From: an uncultured Rivularia sp.
Lineage (GTDB): Bacteria > Cyanobacteriota > Cyanobacteriia > Cyanobacteriales > Nostocaceae
Reading direction: 5' to 3'
NCBI GenBank assembly: GCA_963665115.1
Contig: OY762007.1
Coordinates: 6,880,001 to 6,944,000, forward strand
DNA length: 64,000 nucleotides
Made by a program: the position numbers and the translations under genes. Of the stretch, positions 10,304-21,686 are shown one piece after another; the first letter of the stretch is position 1, and every line of letters begins with the position of its first letter. Below the pieces are notes generated by a model. It had not been told where the DNA came from, ran no database searches, and saw only the letters and a program-made list of their open reading frames with translations.

Positions 10304-12466
10304 TTACTGACTAACTGCTTTCATCGATAAACCAATCCGCTTCAATTTCTGATTAACTTCCAAAACCTTCACCTTCACAACTTCCCCAACTTTAACTATC
10401 TCTTTTGGATCTTTCACAAATTGATTTGCTAATTGAGATATATGCACCAATCCGTCTTGATGCACTCCCACATCTACAAAAGCACCAAAATTCGCAACGT
10501 TTGTCACAACTCCTTCTAATACCATTCCTTCTTCTAAATCGGAAATTTCATTAACTCCTTCTTTAAAGGTGGCATATTTGAATTCAGCCCGTGGATCTCT
10601 TCCGGGTTTTTCTAATTCGCCGATAATATCTCTTAATGTTGGTTCCCCAACTTTATCTGTAACGTACTTTTTCAAATCGGCTTTTTTAAGACTTTCGGCG
10701 ATTTGTGTAACTTGTTTTAATTCTACTTTCAAGTCAGTTGCAATATTCTTAATTACAGCATAACTTTCTGGATGCACTGCGGTATTATCTAAAGGATTTT
10801 CACCACCGCGAATTCTTAAGAATCCTGCTGCTTGCTCGTATGCTTTTGGCCCTAATTTGGCAACTTTTAACAGTTGACGGCGATTTTTGAAGGCTCCGTT
10901 TTCGTTGCGATATTGAACTATATTATTAGCAACGGTGGATGAAATTCCGGAAACGGATGTTAATAATTCCTTGGATGCTGTATTTAAGTCAACTCCAACG
11001 TAGTTAACGCAGCTTTCTACGGTTTCATCTAATTTCTTTTTGAGTAATTTTTGATCTACGTCGTGTTGATATTGTCCCACACCGATGGATTTGGGGTCAA
11101 TTTTGACTAATTCGGCTAAAGGATCTTGTAAGCGACGACCTATACTTATTGCTCCCCGCACGGTAATATCTAAGTCGGGAAATTCTTCAATGGCTACTTT
11201 ACTAGCTGAATATATCGATGCACCGGATTCGTTTACCATGACTTTGACTGGTTTGAGTTGCATTTTTTGCAAAACTTCGGCAACAAATTCGTCGGTTTCC
11301 CTAGAAGCTGTACCGTTACCAATGGCTATTAATCCAACTTTATATTTTTCCATCAGATTTTGCAGGGTTTTGGCGGCTTCGCTGCGTTTTCCGGATCCGG
11401 TATGGGGAAAAACTGCTTGATACTCTAGAAACTTTCCGGTTTCGTCTAATATGGCCACCTTACAACCAGTTCTAAATCCTGGATCGATGGCGATCGCCGG
11501 TTTCATTCCTGCTGGTGCTGACAGTAATAAGTTGCGTAAGTTGGTTTCAAAGGTTTTGATTGATTCAATATCTGCATATTCTTTTTTCTCGGATATGACT
11601 TCATTTGTCAGCGAGTTTTTCATCAAGCGGTTAAATGCATCTTTAAGCATCTGCTGATAAAATTTGCGAATTTCTGGCTGTCTGCTACGAATTTCTTCGG
11701 ATTCTAAATATTCAAGTACGTAATCTTCATCAAAAGTAATTTCGTAACTTAATATCTTTTCCTTTTCTCCCCGACACAAAGCCAACATATTATGAGGTGC
11801 AATATTGCAAACTCTCATTTGATAATCGCGGTACATTTCATATTTTGTTGTACCTTCGGGATGTTCGTCTTTAATGCTGGAAACAAATACCCCTTCTTCT
11901 AACAGTAATTCGCGCAAATATGCCCTCAATTTAGCTTTTTCCGCCGTTTCTTCCGCTAAAATATCGCTGGCACCTTTGAGCGCTTCTTCTGCTGTTTTGA
12001 CTTCTTTTTCGGTACTTATATACTTAGCTGTTTCTGCATTCAAGTCACCAGAAGCAGCATTTTTCACATTCACCGACTTAATAAACTCAGCTAACTCCAG
12101 CAGTCCCTTTTCCTTGGCAATAGTAGCGCGAGTGCGACGTTTGGGACGATAAGGTAAATATAAATCTTCCAATTCTGTTTTTTGCAAACATAATTCGATT
12201 TGCTTTTTTAACTCGTCACTGAGTTTACCTTGTTCCTCAATAGCATTTAAAATGACCGATTTTCTATCTTCTAATTCTGTAAGATAAGTGAACCTATCCG
12301 ACAAATCGCGCAACTGGGTTTCATTCATCTCCCCAGTACGCTCCTTACGGTAGCGTGCGACAAACGGGATAGTTGCACCTTCAGCAAATAATTCCAGTGC
12401 GTTTTGTACCTGAAAAGGTTTGAGATTGAGTTCGGTGGCTAACAATTGGGGAATATTCAACATCAT
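10304..12466 (-). CDS. tex: Tex family RNA-binding transcription accessory protein
   Basis: GATIPFVARYRKERTG, IDPGFRTGCK, KSIGVGQYQHDV, C-terminal S1 domain. Confidence 0.95.
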   Translation of the reverse strand: MMLNIPQLLATELNLKPFQVQNALELFAEGATIPFVARYRKERTGEMNETQLRDLSDRFTYLTELEDRKSVILNAIEEQGKLSDELKKQIELCLQKTELEDLYLPYRPKRRTRATIAKEKGLLELAEFIKSVNVKNAASGDLNAETAKYISTEKEVKTAEEALKGASDILAEETAEKAKLRAYLRELLLEEGVFVSSIKDEHPEGTTKYEMYRDYQMRVCNIAPHNMLALCRGEKEKILSYEITFDEDYVLEYLESEEIRSRQPEIRKFYQQMLKDAFNRLMKNSLTNEVISEKKEYADIESIKTFETNLRNLLLSAPAGMKPAIAIDPGFRTGCKVAILDETGKFLEYQAVFPHTGSGKRSEAAKTLQNLMEKYKVGLIAIGNGTASRETDEFVAEVLQKMQLKPVKVMVNESGASIYSASKVAIEEFPDLDITVRGAISIGRRLQDPLAELVKIDPKSIGVGQYQHDVDQKLLKKKLDETVESCVNYVGVDLNTASKELLTSVSGISSTVANNIVQYRNENGAFKNRRQLLKVAKLGPKAYEQAAGFLRIRGGENPLDNTAVHPESYAVIKNIATDLKVELKQVTQIAESLKKADLKKYVTDKVGEPTLRDIIGELEKPGRDPRAEFKYATFKEGVNEISDLEEGMVLEGVVTNVANFGAFVDVGVHQDGLVHISQLANQFVKDPKEIVKVGEVVKVKVLEVNQKLKRIGLSMKAVSQ

Positions 12467-12640
12467 CCTGCGATTCTTAAAGCAACACTACATAAAAGGT
12501 AATTTTACGCCCTATATTATTTTAAGGAGCGCTCGTATATAGTGATAAGCTAATATACGCGCACCATAAGAAAATATTCGGATTGTTTATCCGACAAGCT
12601 GTTTGTATAGGCAGGATGTTGTAACAAAAAGCTGCAAGGT

Positions 12641-12654
12641 GTAATATTAGTTAC
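12641..12654 (+). promoter_or_regulatory. Candidate NtcA binding site
   Basis: tGTA-ATATTAGT-TACa matches GTA-N8-TAC; TATCAT 20 nt downstream. Confidence 0.5.
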
Positions 12655-12723
12655 ATAAGCTTCTGTCGCAGTCTTATCATATTTGTATAAAAGCAAATGC
12701 TTTGAATTCGGAGTTGAGAGAAG

Positions 12724-12975
12724 ATGCCTTTGTTTTTTCTACTTCCACTTTCTATCTGTGTAATTACTGGCTATATCTATAATAGGTGTAGCGATGAAGT
12801 GGGGTACCTGTCAGGTTTGTTCGCCATTATTAGTTTTGTTTTGAGCTTAATTTTAGCACCTTGGGAAATCCAAGTTTTGCTATTAGTGGCAATGTTAGTG
12901 ACTACTAAGAAATTGTTGCAGCGAAACGAATATAAACTTAAGAAAGGGAATAGAGATTTAGGAGTTAGGAGTTAG
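12724..12975 (+). CDS. Small hypothetical membrane protein
   Basis: 83 aa with 2-3 hydrophobic segments, LILAPWEIQ motif; GAGAG upstream. Confidence 0.65.
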   Translation: MPLFFLLPLSICVITGYIYNRCSDEVGYLSGLFAIISFVLSLILAPWEIQVLLLVAMLVTTKKLLQRNEYKLKKGNRDLGVRS

Positions 12976-13105
12976 GAATTAGGAATCAGGAGTAGGGAAT
13001 TAGTAATTACCTATTCCCTATTCTCTTAGAGATCGTTGACATAAAATAAAAAATAATAATTAAGTTTTTCTAATATCAAATATACCCAATTACTTTAAAT
13101 AAAAA

Positions 13106-14404
13106 CTAAATTGGCAAAGTAATTAGAAATTTAGTTCCTTTGCCAGTGGTTGAGAAACAATCAATTTTTCCGCTGTGTTTCTCGACAATAATTTGGTGAC
13201 TAATTGCTAATCCCAATCCGGTTCCTTTTCCTACAGCTTTAGTTGTAAAAGATTGTTCAAAAATTCGAGCTTGTACTTCGGGAGGCATACCTAAAGCGTT
13301 ATCTTCAATGCTAATTGAAGCCGTATTTTTTGCTGTATTTACAGATGTTGTAATTATAATGCTGTATGGTAAATTTGCCGTTGAATCATCTGATTTTTCA
13401 TGTAAATCGTCAAATGCATCAATAGCATTAGCGACAATATTCATGAATACCTGATTTAATTGTCCTGGATAGCAATTAATTGGCGGTAGCTCGCTATAAT
13501 TTTTAATAATCTTAATTTTTGGACGCTCTCCTATATCTTTAAGTCGATGTTTGAGTAGCATCAAAGTGCTGTTTATTCCTTCGTGAATTTGATATTCTAC
13601 TTGGGATGCATTATCGGTACGAGCAAAAGTTCTTAAAGACAAGCTAATATCTTTTAAACGAGTGATTCCCTGACGCATTGATTTGAGAAGTTTTGGTAAA
13701 TCCTCTTTCAAATATTCTAAGTCTATTTCCTCAACAAGTTCTTCAATTTCTTCATCTTCTGAATCCGATAATTTTTCTTGTTGAAGCTCTACCAGACTGA
13801 AAAGATCGTTGAGGTATTCTTCGATATTAGAGCAACTTCCAGCAATAAAACCAATCGGATTATTGATTTCGTGTCCAATCCCGGCAACAAGTTGTCCCAA
13901 AGTTGACATTTTCTCGCTTTGAATTAATTGTAATTGGGTTTGTTGCAATTCTTCTACAGATTGGGTTAATTCTGCGGTGCGTTGCTGCACTTGTTGTTCG
14001 AGATTGCGGGTAAGTAAAGACAATCTTAGATGTAATTTTAATCGAGCAATAACTTCTTCTTTTTGAAAGGGTTTTGTTATATAGTCAACTGCACCAATTT
14101 CCAAGCCTCTGACTTTATCTGTAGTCTCAGAAAGAGCAGTCATGAAAATTACTGGAATATTTTCGGTAATCGAATTAGCTTTTAATCTGCGACAAGTTTC
14201 AAATCCATCAATACCTGGCATCATTATATCAAGAAGAATTAAATCGGGTTGAGCATATTCTGCTTGCTCGATTGCCGATTCACCATCAGTTGCCATCAGT
14301 GCTTTCCAGCCATAGCCCTGAATCGCTTCAAATAGTACTTTAAGATTGGTTGGATTGTCGTCAACCAAAAGAATATTCATTTCTTGAGATAAAATATTTG
14401 TCAT
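13106..14404 (-). CDS. Hybrid response regulator / histidine kinase (REC-HisKA-HATPase)
   Basis: [38 protein letters not shown] overlap with the upstream kinase gene. Confidence 0.93.
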   Translation of the reverse strand: MTNILSQEMNILLVDDNPTNLKVLFEAIQGYGWKALMATDGESAIEQAEYAQPDLILLDIMMPGIDGFETCRRLKANSITENIPVIFMTALSETTDKVRGLEIGAVDYITKPFQKEEVIARLKLHLRLSLLTRNLEQQVQQRTAELTQSVEELQQTQLQLIQSEKMSTLGQLVAGIGHEINNPIGFIAGSCSNIEEYLNDLFSLVELQQEKLSDSEDEEIEELVEEIDLEYLKEDLPKLLKSMRQGITRLKDISLSLRTFARTDNASQVEYQIHEGINSTLMLLKHRLKDIGERPKIKIIKNYSELPPINCYPGQLNQVFMNIVANAIDAFDDLHEKSDDSTANLPYSIIITTSVNTAKNTASISIEDNALGMPPEVQARIFEQSFTTKAVGKGTGLGLAISHQIIVEKHSGKIDCFSTTGKGTKFLITLPI

Positions 14405-17190
14405 TTTTGAGTAGACTCCTTAGCTAAAAACTTTTTGAGAAATTTACGAATTTTCGCAGTTTGGAAACTAGCAGCAAGCTTACTTATTTCTTCGGCGAAA
14501 CCCAATAGTTGCTTATCTCGGGCTGCGATTTCTTCTAGTATTCCCTCAATTGCTGGAATATCACCCATCATTGCTAAATGATATAGTTGTTGTACGATTT
14601 CCTCTGATGGGGGAATTATCTCGGTTTGGGTGGAATCTTCTTGATTGAGAGAAGAAGATTGAGGTAGTGTGGCATCAAGATTAGAATTTGAGTTGTCGTA
14701 AATCCATTCCAAATTTAAGAGATTTCCCAATGTTTTGGTTAATTCTTCAACCTGTAAAGGTTTCGGTAAAAAACTTTTTGCTCCTGCTTCTAAACTGCGT
14801 TGTTTATCTGCATCAAAAACGCTGGCGCTAGAAACGATGATTGGGATAGAAGAAGTTTGAGGATTGGCTTGAAGTTTCATCATCAGTTCAAAACCATCCA
14901 TATTAGGCATTGCTAAATCTAGTAAAATCCCATCTGGGTTATTTTCCGTTGCCAACTTTAGCCCTTCTATACCGTCGTTTGCTTCTAAAGTACGAAAGCC
15001 GATGGCTTGCAGTAAATTGTTCAATACATTGAGGTGATTTTTCTCATCTTCCACAATCAGAATTTGCGGTATATTTCCTTGAATACCAATTATTTTGTGT
15101 CGATTTGTAACTATTTCTGCTGCATATTCCTGGTTAATTGGTATTTCTAGTTCAACCGAGAAAGTACTTCCTTCACCCAGACTGCTTTCTACTTGAATTT
15201 TGCTTCCCATCAACGCCGCGATTCTTTGACTGATTGTTAATCCTAAACCAGTACCATCTGGACGTTTTCCTGTATCACCAACTTGCTCGAAAGGTTTAAA
15301 AATTTGCTGCAATTGCTCGGGTGACATACCCACACCCGTATCTTCTATACGAAAATCAATTGTACAATTTGTATCTTGATGTGAGAGACAATTAACTCTA
15401 AGAGTAACTCCACCTTTATCGGTAAATTTAATTGCATTACCCATCAAATTAATCAGTACTTGCCGCAAGCGTTTTTCATCAATTTCTACAGCAGCAGGTA
15501 AATTTTTATCTACAACAAGATTAAATGAAATACCCTTTTGTTCGGCTCGAATCTGACAAATTTCTGTAACACCGTGCAAAAAGCTTGGTAAATAAACGGT
15601 ACTGGGAAACAATTCTAATTTACGGGCTTCAATTTTAGAAAGATCCAAGATATCGTTAAGTAACATTAGTAAATGCGAGCCGCATTGATAAATAATGTTC
15701 ACACCTTCTAAATTTTTTCCCTTAATATCTGAATTCATTTCTAATACTTGAGCGAAACCAAGAATCCCGTTAAGCGGCGTGCGTAATTCGTGGCTCATAT
15801 TTGCCAGAAAATCACTTTTAGCTTGATTTGCACTATCAGCAACAAGTTTCGCTTCTTTTAATTCGTGGGTTCTTTCTTCAACTTTAATTTCTAAGGTTTT
15901 AGAATAATCTAATAGTTTATTATTCGCAATTTCTAACTGACGGTTACTTTGTACAAGCTTCTTTTGTTTATAAGCATTAGTAGTCGCAACTACATTACTA
16001 ATAAAAGCCACTAAAGCTGGAGTGACTGGTATTATTAAACCGTTCAAAAATATCCAGTAGCTACCACCAATTAAGCCAGCAGTAATTCCTATAGTTGCCC
16101 ATAAAATATTACCTCCCGGAAGCCGCTTTTTTTTATAAGTACTTGCCAAACACCAACTACCAATAGAACCGAGAGTTGAACATAGAGTTATCCAAATCAG
16201 GAAATTTGTTTGTGAAAAACCCTTTAAATTCGCATTTCCTAATTTTGCTCCCTTGACTAATTGCAAAGCTATATTGGCATGAACAATAACTCCTGGAGTC
16301 GGACTTCCCACAGCCAAGAAAGAAGAGCTAAAAGGAGTATTAAAGAAATCATTGGTACTCGAAGCAGTTGAACCGATAAACACCATGCGATCGCGCATGA
16401 TATCTTGCGGTATTTTTCCGGCTATGACATCGCGCATTTTTACCTTAGTAAATGCTTTTTCAGAGCCGTACCAGTTAAGTAAGATTTGATATCCGCCTAA
16501 ATATTTTTCAGTATAACCAGCTTCCCCAGCTTTTAATGGTGCATAAATTTGTTTACCCAACCTGTACTTTTTTTGTTCTTCATCAACTACTTCTAGTTGA
16601 ATTTTGTCTTTTTCTAGATACTTTGAAGCTACAAGAGTTGCCAAACCTGCTTTCTCTATATTTTCTTCCTTATCCATCGACGATAATAATGCCCGACGCA
16701 CGTGGCGATCGCCGTCTAATTCCAAGTTAGCTAAACCAACCTGTCCCTTTTTTTTCAACTCTGGTGGTGGCTTAACTTTTTCTCCCCCAATTTTCTCCAC
16801 ACCAAATAAGTTGGGAGTAGTTTGAAATACTTTAACAAGCTGTTCGTGTCCTTCTCCTTCAGGTAAATCGCGGTATAAATCTAAACCAATTGAGCGGGGT
16901 TTTTGTTTTCTAATTTTGTCGATTAAGTCAGCAAGTGCTGTATCGGGGATTGGCCATTTACCTACAGATTGAATATCTTTTTCATCAATAGTGACAACTA
17001 TAATTTCTGAAGCTAATTCTTCTTTATCTCCTAATTGAGAACGCAAGCGAAAAAACCCATCTCGGGTTTGCCATTCTGATAAATTGAATAATCCTATCCC
17101 CTGTGCAACAACAACAGCAACAGTAACTGTAGGAGTAATAATAAAAATGCTTCTATTTCGTTTAAAAAATGATTTTAGTTTAGACCACAT
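14401..17190 (-). CDS. CHASE2 domain hybrid sensor histidine kinase (CHASE2-3TM-HisKA-HATPase-REC)
   Basis: [33 protein letters not shown]2 motifs; [16 protein letters not shown]. Confidence 0.92.
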   Translation of the reverse strand: MWSKLKSFFKRNRSIFIITPTVTVAVVVAQGIGLFNLSEWQTRDGFFRLRSQLGDKEELASEIIVVTIDEKDIQSVGKWPIPDTALADLIDKIRKQKPRSIGLDLYRDLPEGEGHEQLVKVFQTTPNLFGVEKIGGEKVKPPPELKKKGQVGLANLELDGDRHVRRALLSSMDKEENIEKAGLATLVASKYLEKDKIQLEVVDEEQKKYRLGKQIYAPLKAGEAGYTEKYLGGYQILLNWYGSEKAFTKVKMRDVIAGKIPQDIMRDRMVFIGSTASSTNDFFNTPFSSSFLAVGSPTPGVIVHANIALQLVKGAKLGNANLKGFSQTNFLIWITLCSTLGSIGSWCLASTYKKKRLPGGNILWATIGITAGLIGGSYWIFLNGLIIPVTPALVAFISNVVATTNAYKQKKLVQSNRQLEIANNKLLDYSKTLEIKVEERTHELKEAKLVADSANQAKSDFLANMSHELRTPLNGILGFAQVLEMNSDIKGKNLEGVNIIYQCGSHLLMLLNDILDLSKIEARKLELFPSTVYLPSFLHGVTEICQIRAEQKGISFNLVVDKNLPAAVEIDEKRLRQVLINLMGNAIKFTDKGGVTLRVNCLSHQDTNCTIDFRIEDTGVGMSPEQLQQIFKPFEQVGDTGKRPDGTGLGLTISQRIAALMGSKIQVESSLGEGSTFSVELEIPINQEYAAEIVTNRHKIIGIQGNIPQILIVEDEKNHLNVLNNLLQAIGFRTLEANDGIEGLKLATENNPDGILLDLAMPNMDGFELMMKLQANPQTSSIPIIVSSASVFDADKQRSLEAGAKSFLPKPLQVEELTKTLGNLLNLEWIYDNSNSNLDATLPQSSSLNQEDSTQTEIIPPSEEIVQQLYHLAMMGDIPAIEGILEEIAARDKQLLGFAEEISKLAASFQTAKIRKFLKKFLAKESTQK

Positions 17191-17373
17191 GAATATATTG
17201 AATAAAAGGGAGTAGGGAGTAGGGAATAGGTAGTGGAGAGTAGCGCGTTGCAGAGCATCCTTACCCGTTCTTTAATTACTTAAAATAAAATTTACTGTGA
17301 AGATTTTAGATCAAATATTTAAGAGACGATTTCATGTTTGAAACCGTCTCGTGAACAATGCAAAATTCAGTAT

Positions 17374-18441
17374 TTAAAATTTCAGATTATTAGCAACTAT
17401 GGGAGCTTTTTTAATTTGTTGAAGCCCCACAGATTCTAATAATTCCGACCATTCTTTATCTAAATTAACGTTGTTCGGTTGAGAAGCCCGTAATTTTGCT
17501 AAAGTTGTCACGCAGTCATACCAAACACCTTGCTTAGCGAAAGTTTCAGCTTGCTGAAGCAAATCTCCTTGCTGCATTGATGCGATTATTTCTTGATTGG
17601 GTTGAATGCGCTTAATCCAACCATCAACATAGGGAGTTCTAGTACTTAATACTCCATCAATTTTCAATGCTAAGAACCATTTGTATTCTTTATCAACTTG
17701 TAACTCAACCGGAACTTTGATAGAAATAATTTCAGCTTTGCCAGATATTGGTACATTCATTTCATATACAGTATTTCCTTCACTATCTTTGAAGCTAAAA
17801 ACACTGTCTCTTGCTGCTGATTGAGGTACGTAAACAAGAATCTCTGCACGTTGAGAAACTGTTTTTCCGTAGTAGGTTTGAGGCAAAAGCGCCAAAATAG
17901 CCGCAGGCTGTTCTACTGTAGTGTCGGGGTAATTGAGATAGCGACGGCCGTCTCTATAGGAAGCGCCCGAAGCGCCCGAACTATATCGATTTGGTGACTC
18001 TATATCTCCACTTGTGAATAAGTTACGAGAAGCTCCAGCGGCACGTCCTTTAGTACTGGTACCGCTTTCAAATATGGTACGAGAAGCTCCACCTACACCT
18101 GTTTTAGTACTGGTACCGCTTTCAAATATGGTACGAGAAGCTCCACCTACGCCTGTTTTAGTACTGGTACCGCTTTCAAATATGGTACGAGAAGCTCCAC
18201 CTACGCCTGTTTTAGTACTAGTGCCACTTTCAAACATAGTGCGAGAACTTCCAGCGGCACGTCCTTTAGTACTAGTGCCACTTTCAAACATAGTGCGAGA
18301 AGCTCCACCGACACCTCCTTTCACAGAACTGTTATCTTCTGGAGAACTAAAAGACACAGCACCAACTTTTTGCGATGGCATCCATGCCGTGCTAGCAATT
18401 AAAGCAAAGCCTAAAGTACTAGCAAATATTATTTGTTTCAT
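17374..18441 (-). CDS. DUF928 domain protein with signal peptide and tandem 18-aa repeats
   Basis: LALLP...T.SQR.EILVYVP, YKWFLA, GWIKRI, GVWYDCV, WSELLESVGL typical of DUF928. Confidence 0.85.
   Translation of the reverse strand: MKQIIFASTLGFALIASTAWMPSQKVGAVSFSSPEDNSSVKGGVGGASRTMFESGTSTKGRAAGSSRTMFESGTSTKTGVGGASRTIFESGTSTKTGVGGASRTIFESGTSTKTGVGGASRTIFESGTSTKGRAAGASRNLFTSGDIESPNRYSSGASGASYRDGRRYLNYPDTTVEQPAAILALLPQTYYGKTVSQRAEILVYVPQSAARDSVFSFKDSEGNTVYEMNVPISGKAEIISIKVPVELQVDKEYKWFLALKIDGVLSTRTPYVDGWIKRIQPNQEIIASMQQGDLLQQAETFAKQGVWYDCVTTLAKLRASQPNNVNLDKEWSELLESVGLQQIKKAPIVANNLKF
18025..18312 (-). repeat. 54-bp in-frame tandem repeat x5 (T[MI]FESGTSTK[TGVG/GRAA]G[AS]SR)
   Basis: G[AS]SR codons recur every 54 nt from 18295 to 18025. 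Confidence 0.95.
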
Positions 18442-18729
18442 TTATTACCCCTTACTAAAGGCAGATGATAGTATAATTTTTTTTAATCTTTCATCAGCTT
18501 CCAACAAAATAAAATGTTAAACTCTTTCCTCAATCAACTTTGTTGAGCAAACTTGAAATGAAAAACTATTTATATTTTAAAAAAATTACTTCTGATACGG
18601 ACTGGTGATATTACTTATATCAAAGTTAAATATTAAACAATTATATCAATGTAGTTTTTAAAGGGGGAGAGGGGGACAAAGAGAAGGATAATTACTTACT
18701 CATTACTAGTAGTCCTTTTCATTTGTTTT

Positions 18730-18896
18730 GATGGGTTGTAGAGACGTAGCAGTGCTACGTCTCCTGACGTTAGGTCGAAACGAATCCCTCAGAATTTATG
18801 CAAAGGACTACTAGTAGTTGATTGCATAAATTCTGAAGGGTTCGTTTTTCCCGTAACCTTCGGGAGACGTTATGTATAACGTCTCTACAACCCGTC
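18730..18896. repeat. ~80-bp-arm inverted repeat built from two GTAGAGACG REP-containing elements
   Basis: GATGGGTTGTAGAGACGT...CAGAATTTATGCAA mirrors TTGCATAAATTCTG...ACGTCTCTACAACCCGTC. Confidence 0.75.
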
Positions 18897-18908
18897 GGAA
18901 TACTCCTT

Positions 18909-21482
18909 TTACTGCCAATTCCCAACTAGAACAAACGCAGACCAGAAATACGGTTCGTGGAAGTCTGTTTTTTTCATAATGCTTATCTGAGCTTGTCTGA
19001 GAGCTTCTGCTTTTGTGGTTCCTGGTTTTAACAGGTTTTCGTAAAAGCTATTCATTAAGGCAACTGTGGCTTGGTCTTTTACTGGCCATAAAGAGGCAAT
19101 CGTAGAACGTGCGCCGGATTTGACAGCTAAACCTGCTAAACCTAAAACAGCACGATTGTCTCCAGCAGCAGTATCGCAGGCACTCAATACCAACAAGTCA
19201 ATATTTTGAGATTGTCTGCTTTGACGATTTCGCAATAGTTCTGAAAGCTCTTTGATATTAATCTGCCCATCCCAAGTAAGTAAAAATGTGTCGTTCAAAT
19301 TAGAACTAAATTGTCCGTGAGTAGCAAGGTGAACTACATTCGCAGAACCATTTTTTACTGTTGCTGAAAGACTTGCTTCTGTAAGATTATCGTTGAGTAA
19401 AGTAGAAGCAGAACTTATTTTTTCGGAGATTTGTTTTACTTCAGACTTGACACCCGGAAGCGAACTAAAGCCAGAACGAGCTTCGCTAATCCCGGCAACA
19501 ACTGCTTTAATATTATTTGATTTTAAAGATGTTCCCTGCATCAATTGCAATCCCGGTGAAAGGGTGACGGCATATTTTTCAATTAAATATTGCTGCCCAT
19601 CATAAAGTCCTGACATCGGTATATTCCGCAGTAAGCCATCTAAAACGAATACTAAAGTTTTACTGTCTTTGAAATTTGCTTGAGCTTCCAATGGGCTAAT
19701 CAGCCATTCGTAAACTTGTTTGGATAAAAGATTGCGTTTTCGTATATCGGATACTGGATTTAAAGCTGCTGATAATTGCTTTAAAGTTTGTTCGACTTCC
19801 TCTTCAGACTTATTCACAATGCTGTAAGACAGTGGCTGTCCGGCTTTGGAGTAAATCACCGCTAAACGATCTTCGAGAATAATCGGATAAACTACCGTTG
19901 CCGATTTATCAATTTGGTCAATTTGCTCGGCTTTATCCAAACAAGCTTCTCTTAAAAAGTTATCTAACTCGGCAACCTGCAATGATTCAATTAAATCTCT
20001 GGCTTGAACTAGATTATCTTGATCTGGTTTTCCTTCGAGCAATAATCCTACCAATTCTCTGTAAACGGGTTCCACACTTTCCCGGAATGAAAACTGTACG
20101 TCGGAATTTACCGCGACTAAATCTGTACGAATGGCTTTGAGGGCATTTACGGCTTCAGTGTAATTGGCGATCGCCTGTTGCGTTTTATTTTGCTGTTTAT
20201 GCAAGCGCCCTAATTCCCAAGCTGACTGAGCAATAATATCTTCCGATTGCAGTTGCCGAGCAATATTCAAAGACTGTTGAGTTAACTTTTCTGCTTCAGA
20301 AAACTGTCCGGTAAAACGATAAAACTCACCCAATTGTTTAAGAGCATAAGCTTCTGCTTGCTTATCTTCGATCTGTCGAGCTTCGTTGACAGTTTTTGCC
20401 AGCATTTGACTCAAATCGTTCAAAGGTATAAGCCGAAGTGGATTTTCTAACCTACTTAGGGCAGCAATAAAATTAATTCTGCTATAGAGAGATGTACGAC
20501 TCGGAGGTAATTCGTTAAGTTGCTGATAAAGTTGAGCAGCTAAAGGAGTTGCATAATTATCAACACCATAATCAGCAAATAATTTAAACTGTTTTAGACG
20601 CGACTGTAATTTATCTTGAGGATTGCTCGCGGCTTTTTCTGCTTCTTCAAAGAATACCAAAGCATCATCGGGATCTTCTAAATCGACGGCAGTTTTACCC
20701 AAAGTTTGTAAAATGCTGCTGACTTGATTATCGGCTTTAATTTTTTTCGCAGTTTTATAACTTTGAATGAGAACTTCTTGACTCTCTTTAGAAATTCCCA
20801 TTGACTGCAAAGTTACCCCAAGACTCCGCAAACCACTTACCTTGATTTCCGAATCTGGCATTTTGTTCAACTTTTGATTTATCGCTTCTAACTCCTTTTT
20901 AGATCGACGATAAAATCCCATACTTTGCAAAGCTTGAGCCTGATTGATTTGACTACCCAGACTTCCAATATCATCTTTGGCTTGTTCGTAATATTTCTGT
21001 GCTTGCTTCCAGCTTTCTAATGCTGCACTAGCTTTGCCAGTATGTAGCTCCAAACCAGCTTGAGTATTCAATACTTGCGCCCAGACAATCGCATCGGGAG
21101 CGGGTTTAGCCGTTTTTAATAACTCTAAAGCTTTGCTAACCGATTTTTGGGAATTATCTAGCTGCTGTAGTTCCTGTTGAGCCAGAGAAAGATAACTATA
21201 AGATAAAGCTTGATTTAACAAATCTCCTTGCATTTGATATTGCTTTGCTCCCGTCTGCCAAATATTCGCAGCTTCCGCAAAACGTCCTTGATGATAAAGA
21301 TTTCTTCCTTGTTTTAATGCATCTGCATCTACATTTGCTTGCTTAACTACTGTTGCAGAATTATTAAAAGAAGCAGTAGCAGAATTGATATTCCAAAATA
21401 AAGGTAATACTAAAGCCAAACATAAACTTAAAAAGCTGAGACTGATATACAGCCAGCGACGTTTTAGAAAAAGATAAATCAT
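18909..21482 (-). CDS. Secreted TPR + CHAT (caspase/HetF-like) protease
   Basis: N-terminal signal/TM, TPRs, VHLATHG (His), LVLSACDTAAG (Cys), SLWPV, HEPYFWSAFVLVGNW. Confidence 0.93.
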   Translation of the reverse strand: MIYLFLKRRWLYISLSFLSLCLALVLPLFWNINSATASFNNSATVVKQANVDADALKQGRNLYHQGRFAEAANIWQTGAKQYQMQGDLLNQALSYSYLSLAQQELQQLDNSQKSVSKALELLKTAKPAPDAIVWAQVLNTQAGLELHTGKASAALESWKQAQKYYEQAKDDIGSLGSQINQAQALQSMGFYRRSKKELEAINQKLNKMPDSEIKVSGLRSLGVTLQSMGISKESQEVLIQSYKTAKKIKADNQVSSILQTLGKTAVDLEDPDDALVFFEEAEKAASNPQDKLQSRLKQFKLFADYGVDNYATPLAAQLYQQLNELPPSRTSLYSRINFIAALSRLENPLRLIPLNDLSQMLAKTVNEARQIEDKQAEAYALKQLGEFYRFTGQFSEAEKLTQQSLNIARQLQSEDIIAQSAWELGRLHKQQNKTQQAIANYTEAVNALKAIRTDLVAVNSDVQFSFRESVEPVYRELVGLLLEGKPDQDNLVQARDLIESLQVAELDNFLREACLDKAEQIDQIDKSATVVYPIILEDRLAVIYSKAGQPLSYSIVNKSEEEVEQTLKQLSAALNPVSDIRKRNLLSKQVYEWLISPLEAQANFKDSKTLVFVLDGLLRNIPMSGLYDGQQYLIEKYAVTLSPGLQLMQGTSLKSNNIKAVVAGISEARSGFSSLPGVKSEVKQISEKISSASTLLNDNLTEASLSATVKNGSANVVHLATHGQFSSNLNDTFLLTWDGQINIKELSELLRNRQSRQSQNIDLLVLSACDTAAGDNRAVLGLAGLAVKSGARSTIASLWPVKDQATVALMNSFYENLLKPGTTKAEALRQAQISIMKKTDFHEPYFWSAFVLVGNWQ

Positions 21483-21686
21483 TGTAGATGTTTTAATTAA
21501 TAACTATTTACCAATGAACCTCACCCCCTTCCCCTCTCCACATATTAGGAGAAGGGTGCCGGAGGCGGGTTGAGGTAACAGCGCCTAAATGAAAATAGTT
21601 GATCTTCGATTCGAGTATTTTATTTTCTGAATTTATAGTTCCCTGATTTATTTTTCTACTAACACAAACTTTAAAATTCAGTGTTA

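Noticed and set aside
18014..18520. 168-aa plus-strand repetitive ORF
   Set aside because: Antisense shadow of the DUF928 repeat
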